DNA from: a virus
Taxonomy: Duplodnaviria > Caudoviricetes
Direction: 5' to 3' (one strand)
Virus record (IMG/VR): IMGVR_UViG_2728369134_000004
Coordinates: 1 to 64,000 of that record
DNA: 64,000 nucleotides
The position numbers and the translations under genes were made by a program. Under the pieces are notes generated by a model. The model was not told where the DNA came from. It saw nothing but the letters and a program-made list of their open reading frames with translations, and ran no database searches. Of the stretch, positions 56,374-64,000 are shown piece by piece; within the stretch, counting starts at the first letter, position 1; the number at the start of each line of letters is the position of its first letter.

Positions 56374-58836
56374 TTAACTAATTAATTTTTGAACTAATTT
56401 TTCTAGGGCTTCCACACGTGTATTCATACTTTCCATATCAGCTTGATGGCTTTCTTTTAATGCTTGGATTTCTGCATCATGCTTTTGATCTAATTCTTGA
56501 ACGGCTGCCGTAAGTATTGATAATGTGGCATAATCTTTTATTCCATCCTTCTCGGGCGTTGTAAATATATCATCCGTTTCTTCAGCAATTAAACCGTAAT
56601 ACGTTTCGATATCAGCTGTTGTGTAAGGTTCTACGCGGTCTGCCGGTTTATTCATTCGCATTTGGTACAGATCATACATATCCTTTTTCAGAACATATTT
56701 TTTCACTTTCAATCCTCTTATTTTTTCAAGTGGAGAAAATGGAAGGTCATGTATAGATGCTTTAATTTTTTCTGTCGATCTGTTTATATGCTCTATGGCA
56801 TAAGAATTTTGTTCTGCCCACAAGTTTGTATCTGAACGAATTCCCCCATGTGCGGTTATCTCAGATACTTCTAGCCCTCGAAATTCATTACCGAATACAT
56901 TTTTTATTTGCAGTAATTTATCGTATCCCTTTGCTGTGGACGAACGTATCATGTGATTTCCACCCAAAGTTAGATCATTATCGCCGCTATTATTACGCTG
57001 CACTTCTACAACGGTTTTGCCTGCATGGTTCATAGAAACACCATGTTCACCATCTACAACAAGAGAACCCTTAGAATTAAGCCACATACTTGTTTGTGCT
57101 GTGATGCCTATGTTCCCTTGTGCTGTTAAGCGGATATTACTTTCAGCACCATTTAAATCTATAAAACGTAAATAAAGTCCACCGCCATCCTTATAAATGG
57201 TACCGACATTCCGCCCAGTCCCATCCCCCTGACCGAATGTAATGTAAGGATTAAAAGTGCTACTGTTGTATTCATTCTCAAACCCCATTATCATTTTAGG
57301 GACACCCTGATTAACAAACTTCAACACTTGATTCTGCATATGAATATGTTCTTTAGTGTTACTAGTTTTGATGGTCATACCTTCAAGTAATCCTGCAATT
57401 AACCATTCGGCTTTTACTTTACCAACCAGATCAATAAGTTCTGAATTTATAAGTACACTTTGCGGAGTTATATTTAATTCGGAAGCAATATCGCCTTTCC
57501 CGACTTTTGCCTTTATTTCTCTCGCGTTAACATCTAATGTGGATGATAATTTTTCCATCTTCTGATTGACAGCTTGGGCATTTAAACGTATTGATTCATC
57601 TGTTTGCTCAAGACTTGTCTTCATAGCAATTAATCTTTCATTAAAACCACTTGAAGTATCTTCTACCTGCTTTTCTAGTAGCTTCAACGCTTCGTTGCTT
57701 GCTTTATCCCATAGGGAATTTCGAATCTTATTGTATAGCTTGAGCATTTCTTCTCTTGTATCGATGACCTCTATATAATCACCAAACACATATTTATTTT
57801 CAGACGGATTCGTAAATGATTCATCACCAGCGATAGCGCGAGCGATTAGATACAATTCCGGTGTAAACCCTGTATCTTTAATCCTTATAATGTCACCTTC
57901 TGCAACTTCCTCGTGTGATAATCCAAATATCTTATCAAGTGCAATTGCATCGACTTCATATTGAACAGTCGAATTCATCCGTTTTTTAAATTCAATTTTC
58001 ATCAGTGCCATTAATCGCTCTGGTGTCATGTTTTGATCTTCTGTTTCAGGTGTATAAAAACCAAATTTATGCTGACCGTTTTCATTCCAACGCTGAAAGG
58101 CTGAACTATCGACAATATAAGGGAGACCATTATTAATACTCTCCACCGTTATTAATTTGTCATTTTCCCCTCTTACAAATCCAACTAATGCCGTACAAAT
58201 GTTACTCGAGTTTTCTCTGCGGACAATGCCTTTTAAATCTTTACCTAAAGTTACCTCTTTACCAGTGTCTTTTCCCTGTCTTTGCACCATATCTACATAA
58301 CGGCCAACAATTCGAGAACCGATAACTTCAACTCGAAATACAATTTCCAAATCAAAAAGAGCAGCAATGTCCTTTAGAAATTTTAACGGATCAATAAACT
58401 CATCGATTGTCATGGTATGAAAACCAGAATACTCAATAAATCCTATTTCATACTTCGTTCCAGCTAAGGCAATAGAAGTTAATTCGCGTGCCGTTTTCGA
58501 TTCGAATCGTTGCGGTTTAATAACCCCTGCCTTTTTTAATAAAACCCATTCTGCAGAAGCATATACCGTAAGGGAACGGCCATCTGAACTTTTAGCTGTA
58601 TCATCGATTACATACGGGACTATACGCCCGCCACTAACTTCTTTTAGCACTAAATTTTGTTGCATTAATGTTGCTGCTTGTTCAGTTCCATCGAAAACAG
58701 TGAAATCAAGTATATCTACATTGTTCTTAATTTCCCAATGACGTTTATCGTCCCAATAATCACTTGATTGGAGAGCAGATATAATTTCACCTGATTGGAA
58801 ATCTGCAATATGAAGCGTTCCGCTAGGCTTTCTCAT
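56374..58836 (-). CDS. Tail spike/Tal protein with S74-like chaperone
   Basis: N-terminus clearly homologous to 8225-12274. Confidence 0.9.
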   Translation of the reverse strand: MRKPSGTLHIADFQSGEIISALQSSDYWDDKRHWEIKNNVDILDFTVFDGTEQAATLMQQNLVLKEVSGGRIVPYVIDDTAKSSDGRSLTVYASAEWVLLKKAGVIKPQRFESKTARELTSIALAGTKYEIGFIEYSGFHTMTIDEFIDPLKFLKDIAALFDLEIVFRVEVIGSRIVGRYVDMVQRQGKDTGKEVTLGKDLKGIVRRENSSNICTALVGFVRGENDKLITVESINNGLPYIVDSSAFQRWNENGQHKFGFYTPETEDQNMTPERLMALMKIEFKKRMNSTVQYEVDAIALDKIFGLSHEEVAEGDIIRIKDTGFTPELYLIARAIAGDESFTNPSENKYVFGDYIEVIDTREEMLKLYNKIRNSLWDKASNEALKLLEKQVEDTSSGFNERLIAMKTSLEQTDESIRLNAQAVNQKMEKLSSTLDVNAREIKAKVGKGDIASELNITPQSVLINSELIDLVGKVKAEWLIAGLLEGMTIKTSNTKEHIHMQNQVLKFVNQGVPKMIMGFENEYNSSTFNPYITFGQGDGTGRNVGTIYKDGGGLYLRFIDLNGAESNIRLTAQGNIGITAQTSMWLNSKGSLVVDGEHGVSMNHAGKTVVEVQRNNSGDNDLTLGGNHMIRSSTAKGYDKLLQIKNVFGNEFRGLEVSEITAHGGIRSDTNLWAEQNSYAIEHINRSTEKIKASIHDLPFSPLEKIRGLKVKKYVLKKDMYDLYQMRMNKPADRVEPYTTADIETYYGLIAEETDDIFTTPEKDGIKDYATLSILTAAVQELDQKHDAEIQALKESHQADMESMNTRVEALEKLVQKLIS

Positions 58837-60320
58837 AGATATCTCTCCCTAAACGATACTGTCGCTTTCACATCAGGTGGTGATATATCAATTCTGTTAT
58901 ATCCCTTTATAATTGTCGGAAATTCACTGAAAATATCCTTTATATTTATAGCGTTCTTACCATTGATTGTAACGAGACTTCTTTCCGTATCAATGACAAT
59001 TTTGTCGCCAACATCATAGATAAATGACCTTGCGTTCTCATCAACCTTATTTACTTTCCAAATTTTCAAATCATCAATTTGCATGATATCAACTGGTGTG
59101 CAGTTATCCCATTTACAAATCGCAATCATAACTTGCGCAATTTTTCGGTTTGTCATCGGTGTATTATCTACATCATGCCATTGTTCGACTAGAGAAGCAT
59201 CATCTGTTTCGGTACCATCTTTAAATTTAGCTACATAAACAGACCATTGTTTCCCTCTTCTAGCAATGCGTAAGCGACCTCGGAACTTATTAAACGTAGT
59301 CGTGTACCCTCCGCTTGTATCTACTAATTTCTTAATACTATTAGGCGTTCCGCTGTTCCCAACTCTCATATAAGCTTTTGTAATTTCAGCATTATCGTAT
59401 AGATCGTTCATATTGATACGTGCTACTATATTGCTTGCATCGTCTAGTAGAAGAACTTCAACACGTCCCATTTCACCAACGTTTTTTGACTGTAAAGTCA
59501 TCCTTGCTTCCATCTCAAAATCTTGTAATGGTCCACCCGGAATGTTTTTCTTAGCTATTGCGCCATAGAACCCTTTATCTTGTCCGAAGTTTTCACAATA
59601 CAGCGCGTGGCCGTCTCTTGATTTGAAACTACCTGTACCCTTCATTTCTTCAACTTGCCCAGTAACAGGAGTCCAACCTATAGGTGAACCCATTTCATCC
59701 CACATCACACGTTCGCGCGCTTGTACTGGTGTTTCCTCTACAGTTCGCGGATAACCCAGACGGAAATAATCGCGATTATTCGGATATTCTCCAAACCAAA
59801 CATCTAAAAACGTTGATGGCTTTTTAACCTCAATTTCAATTATTGGCGGAGCTTCTACGCTTCCCTGATTCGTTAAGTATGCTGTTGTTTCAGTAGACCA
59901 ACTTTGAACAAATTCGCTTTTTTTAGTTGCTCCTAATTTATAAGGCATCGGACAAATAAATGTAAGAGTTCCTTTCCCTCTAAACACCAACTCATCAAGG
60001 TCAACACTTCCATCTAATACTGCTAAATATGTTCTATCCGGTTCATCATCAAAAACTAATTCACACGGTTGATCTGTCATTAGCCAATTTGCTAAATCTT
60101 CTTTGATTTTTTGTAAATCACTCTGATTCTTCGCTTTAATAACAAAAGGAACATCAATTTGACGTTCCTCTGTTACTGTATTTAATAAATATCCCCCTGG
60201 TCGATGAGGTACCTTTAACAATTCTCTCCGAACAGGAGCTAACACTGGACGATTAAAACCCATCAATAAATAAATATAATCTTTACGAATATTATTAAAT
60301 GTAAAACTTGAATTACCCAG
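58833..60320 (-). CDS. Distal tail protein (Dit), probable CTG start
   Basis: Homologous to 12271-13764; in-frame LGNSSFTFNNIRKDY upstream of the ORF-track start. Confidence 0.88.
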   Translation of the reverse strand: MGNSSFTFNNIRKDYIYLLMGFNRPVLAPVRRELLKVPHRPGGYLLNTVTEERQIDVPFVIKAKNQSDLQKIKEDLANWLMTDQPCELVFDDEPDRTYLAVLDGSVDLDELVFRGKGTLTFICPMPYKLGATKKSEFVQSWSTETTAYLTNQGSVEAPPIIEIEVKKPSTFLDVWFGEYPNNRDYFRLGYPRTVEETPVQARERVMWDEMGSPIGWTPVTGQVEEMKGTGSFKSRDGHALYCENFGQDKGFYGAIAKKNIPGGPLQDFEMEARMTLQSKNVGEMGRVEVLLLDDASNIVARINMNDLYDNAEITKAYMRVGNSGTPNSIKKLVDTSGGYTTTFNKFRGRLRIARRGKQWSVYVAKFKDGTETDDASLVEQWHDVDNTPMTNRKIAQVMIAICKWDNCTPVDIMQIDDLKIWKVNKVDENARSFIYDVGDKIVIDTERSLVTINGKNAINIKDIFSEFPTIIKGYNRIDISPPDVKATVSFRERYL

Positions 60321-60337
60321 TATGTGTACCCCCTCTC

Positions 60338-63300
60338 TTAAGAAAACTTAGCCAACCTAATAGCATTTCGATCATTAATATCTTTTATATCTGTAGCTAA
60401 CAATTCACCAACGACTTTCTTGTCCATAATTAAATAAGTGGGAGAATTATTCCCACTTAATGAATCGTTATTTAAGATCCTACTAGCACTGTTATCTCTT
60501 TCTGGAGAACCACCGCTACTACTCTTTACATTTGCAACTGCATTAATATCTGGAAGGTCTAACAACTCATTCATTAATCCACTCACTTTTGGAAAAGCTA
60601 GTTTTATACTATCGGAGATTGGACCGCCAAAGTCTAAATGATCCAAATCACTTAATGGTCCTGTTTTTGCAGGAGAAAACGGTAGGAAATCACGTACTTT
60701 CCCTGCGATATCAGACATTGTACCTAAAACACTATCTTTCATACTAATTAAACCTTTTTTAAGCATTTCCATTAAGCCCTTACCTGCATTGAAGAATGTA
60801 TCTTTGGCATTATTTAGTTGATCAGTCATACTCTTTATTACGTTATTTTTAATTGTACTTCCTAGCTCTCCTACTAGAGAGATAATACCCTTGATAAGTT
60901 CAGCGAGAATTCTCATACCAGCATTCCAAATTTTAGGTAAATTAGCAATTAAAACCCTTGCTATTTCAACAATAAGTTTTAGCGCTGTATCTAATAATTG
61001 AGGGAGAATCTGAATAATCCCCCTAATCAATTCTTGTAGAATTTTCATCCCAGCAGCCCAAATTTTAGGCATATTTTGCATCAGAATGTTAACCAGTTGA
61101 ACAATCAATTGAATCCCCATTTCGATCAATTGAGGGAGAATTTTTAAAATCCCTTCGATTAGCGCTGTCAAAATTTTCATCCCTGCATCGATTATTTTCG
61201 GAAGATTCTGAATTAACATCTCGCAAACTTTAGTTATCAGCATTACGGCTGTTTGGATCAAATTTGGTAAAATCTTTAAAATTCCATCTATTAAAGCCAT
61301 TAGAATTTTTATTCCCGCCTCAATGATTTGGGGTAGTAAAACTGCTATCGCATTCGCTAACGTGGTTATCATTTGCAAAGCCGCGTTTATAATTTGAGGC
61401 AAATTTTGTATAATCCCGTCGATTATCGCCATCAAAATTTTGATTCCTGCATCTAAAATTAAAGGTAATAAAGTTCCAATTGTGTTAACGAGAGAATTCA
61501 CCAATTCAACGGATACTTGCACGAGCGTAGTCACCACAACAGGCAAAACTTGCACAACTCCATTTATTAAAAATGTCAATATTTTGATACCTTGCTCTAG
61601 GAATTGCGGCAGGTAAGTTGTAAGAATCGTTACGATTCCAGTAATCATGTTTGTTATTGTCGTAGTTAAAAGTGGTAACATCAAATTGATACCGTTCACG
61701 ATTGTAGGAAGGAAATGGGATGCCGTAATTAGTAATGCAGGTAACCCGCCGAGTAGCATTCCTATCAGTGTAGGCATGATTGTCATGAAGATTTGTCCGA
61801 GTTGAGAGGTATCTCCACCTAGAGCCAATTTAACAGCCTCTACTAAACTAGAAATAGCTGTTTTGATAGTTAGAATTGCATTACCTATTAGAACACCTGC
61901 CGTTTGAAATCCTACAGGCATAAGATTTAACCAACCATTCATTAAACTTCCTGTAGATACGACAGAAAGAATATATCTTCCGAAATTTAAGAATGTATAT
62001 CCTACTTGATCAAGCGGACCAAATAATGATGTAAATGACTCTGACATTGTTGCAATAACATTTCCTACTGCCATAGCTGCATTCTGCCAACTGACAGGAA
62101 GATGAGTAATCCAATCATTCAGGCTATCTCCATCTAAAGCAGCAAAGTAAAAATACTTCCCTAAAGCTACAATTGATTGTCCAAATGAGTTAACTGCCAA
62201 CACGGCTGGAGCGATTGAATTCGCTAATCCTTGTACACTTGGCGGTAAAGCATTTAACGCGTCAGAAAAGATATTTCCTGTTAGGGCCACATTTATTAAA
62301 TAGCTACCTAACTGCGTCAAATCTTTCCCTAATTGCATTGTAGCACCGAATAATGAAATAATATGACCTCTTATCGTCGATACAGCTTGTCCAGTAGCCA
62401 TTACAGCACCTTGCCAAGATTCAGGTAGATGCGTAATCCAATCGTTGAGATGATCGCCATCTAAAGCTGTGTAGTAAAGATATTTCCCCAAACTAGCCAT
62501 ATTGGAACCGAACTCTAAAGATTTCTTACCTGCTGTAGCAAATCCCGTTTGCAGGGCTTTTATGCTATTCTGAACCATATCTGATTTGTAAGCACTTTGG
62601 ATTAATTCAGATGTATTTTTAACAAGCGCACTCCCGAAATCTTTAATACTTTTAATAGTCCCGTCTACAAATCCCTTGAATTTCTCATTCGTTTTATAAA
62701 AATGGGTGAATCCTACCGTTAACCCTGCTATAGCTGCCGCTAATATCCATACAGGAGTTGACATTGTAGCGAACGCAGTCACTACCGGCATTATAATAGG
62801 CCGTAATGCGAATAGAATCGCTCTCAATCCTCTGAAATATCCAACACCGAGTGCTAAAGGTAACATAAGTGCCATTAATGCAGGGACTAGCATAATAGTA
62901 CCTTGAATAAATTTTGCCATGACAGGGTGCGCTTCATTGAATGCTATAGTTAATTCTGCTAGTTTCGTAACAAAGTTGAAGATAGGAATTGCAACAGCAG
63001 CGAAAGCTTGTCTCATTGGTTCTAGAGCCTTTGTTAGTTTCTCCATCATCTCATTAAACGCTTCTGCGTATTTAGGGTTCATTTCCATGTTAGCTTTGTG
63101 TAAAGCTCCATACATGAATAGAACAGACATCCCGACACCAATCGCAACGAAAGGCATCCCCATCATAACAGTATTAAGCCTCATCGCTTCATCCGTTAGG
63201 GTTTTCATGCTCGCTTGTGGTCCGTGTAATTCAAGAGCGATCTGAGCGGCAGAACCACTACGAGCCACCCTATCCAAACTATCTACTAAAGCCAGAGCAG

Positions 63301-63904
63301 GTCTAGCAGTATTGTATAACGGATTTTTCATTTGATCCAAGTTCTTAGTTGTTTTAGATGCTGCAGAAGACATCGCATTCATAGCCCCGATAGTTTGAAG
63401 CATTCCCATCATCGCTAGTCTATTCGCGTTAATTTGCGCGTCTTGCGAGGCTTTCATTGCCTTTCCTATATCGTTAGCTTGATTTATGAATGCTTGGTTT
63501 GTACCTTGAAAGTCCTTTGAAGCCTGAGCCATTTGATAAAATCCATAAGTCGCTTTGATTTGGTCTTCTTTAAAAGGAATCATAGCCATTTTCTGAGCGT
63601 GGAATCCTTGTCTCATTTCTTCCATCATGCCCCTAGCTTCAGCAGACATATAACGATATGAACTGCCAATGTCACCCATAAGACCGCCTATCTCGTTTCC
63701 ATAAGCGCGGCGGTACTGTCTAGCATAATATTCCGAGTCGCCAACCATTCCTTGCATCCCTCGGCCCATTTCGTTACGCATCCCTTGAGCTGTTCGACCC
63801 ATGTTATTTCCAATACGATTTAATTCAGCATTAACACGTTGTACATCCCTACGAATGTTACTCGTTTCAAGACGGGTATCTATATTAACGCGACCATCAG
63901 CCAT
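60338..63904 (-). CDS. Tape measure protein 2
   Basis: 1188 aa, amphipathic repeats, FSPAKTGPL motif. Confidence 0.92.
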   Translation of the reverse strand: MADGRVNIDTRLETSNIRRDVQRVNAELNRIGNNMGRTAQGMRNEMGRGMQGMVGDSEYYARQYRRAYGNEIGGLMGDIGSSYRYMSAEARGMMEEMRQGFHAQKMAMIPFKEDQIKATYGFYQMAQASKDFQGTNQAFINQANDIGKAMKASQDAQINANRLAMMGMLQTIGAMNAMSSAASKTTKNLDQMKNPLYNTARPALALVDSLDRVARSGSAAQIALELHGPQASMKTLTDEAMRLNTVMMGMPFVAIGVGMSVLFMYGALHKANMEMNPKYAEAFNEMMEKLTKALEPMRQAFAAVAIPIFNFVTKLAELTIAFNEAHPVMAKFIQGTIMLVPALMALMLPLALGVGYFRGLRAILFALRPIIMPVVTAFATMSTPVWILAAAIAGLTVGFTHFYKTNEKFKGFVDGTIKSIKDFGSALVKNTSELIQSAYKSDMVQNSIKALQTGFATAGKKSLEFGSNMASLGKYLYYTALDGDHLNDWITHLPESWQGAVMATGQAVSTIRGHIISLFGATMQLGKDLTQLGSYLINVALTGNIFSDALNALPPSVQGLANSIAPAVLAVNSFGQSIVALGKYFYFAALDGDSLNDWITHLPVSWQNAAMAVGNVIATMSESFTSLFGPLDQVGYTFLNFGRYILSVVSTGSLMNGWLNLMPVGFQTAGVLIGNAILTIKTAISSLVEAVKLALGGDTSQLGQIFMTIMPTLIGMLLGGLPALLITASHFLPTIVNGINLMLPLLTTTITNMITGIVTILTTYLPQFLEQGIKILTFLINGVVQVLPVVVTTLVQVSVELVNSLVNTIGTLLPLILDAGIKILMAIIDGIIQNLPQIINAALQMITTLANAIAVLLPQIIEAGIKILMALIDGILKILPNLIQTAVMLITKVCEMLIQNLPKIIDAGMKILTALIEGILKILPQLIEMGIQLIVQLVNILMQNMPKIWAAGMKILQELIRGIIQILPQLLDTALKLIVEIARVLIANLPKIWNAGMRILAELIKGIISLVGELGSTIKNNVIKSMTDQLNNAKDTFFNAGKGLMEMLKKGLISMKDSVLGTMSDIAGKVRDFLPFSPAKTGPLSDLDHLDFGGPISDSIKLAFPKVSGLMNELLDLPDINAVANVKSSSGGSPERDNSASRILNNDSLSGNNSPTYLIMDKKVVGELLATDIKDINDRNAIRLAKFS

Positions 63905-64000
63905 ACTGTTCCACCTGCCTTTTTTGCGCCTCTAATCGTTTCAGATACGCTTTGTACTCCATTTCCTCCCTAATCGCTTTGGCTTCCGGCAATTCGTAAC
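63897..64000 (-). CDS. Partial tail assembly chaperone (gp15-like), truncated by the window edge
   Basis: ...YELPEAKAIREEMEYKAYLKRLEAQKRQVEQYG* overlapping the tape measure start. Confidence 0.55.
   Translation of the reverse strand, partial: YELPEAKAIREEMEYKAYLKRLEAQKRQVEQYG

Larger units (their letters stand above)
44364..64000 (-). mobile_element. Second phage of plasmid type (Rep, ParMR, tyrosine recombinase, lysis, tail); left boundary uncertain, runs off the window
   Basis: Second lysis and tail modules plus plasmid replication and partition genes. Confidence 0.8.

Overview
AT-rich Bacillus cereus-group DNA, almost all phage-derived, with most genes on the minus strand. The left edge has one chromosomal gene and the 3' half of gerE (447-529), which is cut by an att site next to a large serine recombinase. 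Next comes a nearly complete Wbeta/Gamma-like cos siphovirus prophage (~0.5-44 kb): integrase, FtsK/Replic_Relax module, lysis, tail, head, terminase/cos/HNH, early genes, replication, a cro/cI switch and an arbitrium locus (aimR, plus aimP and aimX-like ORFs missing from the ORF track). I found no gerE 5' half after it. Instead the window runs into a second, plasmid-type phage (Hfq-like gene, Rep with a putative antisense control RNA, ParM/ParR, lysis genes, tyrosine recombinase, second tail module) that continues past the window end. The most unusual signal is at 29967-32501. Eight copies of a 17-bp motif (ACAAAA-N4-TATTT on the minus strand; CAAA-N7-TTTG pseudo-palindrome) sit at unit boundaries and divide the region into cassettes holding one gene or one putative sRNA, like an integron array. 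A similar site lies just upstream of the tyrosine recombinase. Other notable items: a 328-bp Tn4430-type MITE that disrupts a small membrane-protein gene, and four tandem paralogues carrying 13 HTH-like repeats. All calls come from reading the sequence by eye; no searches were run.
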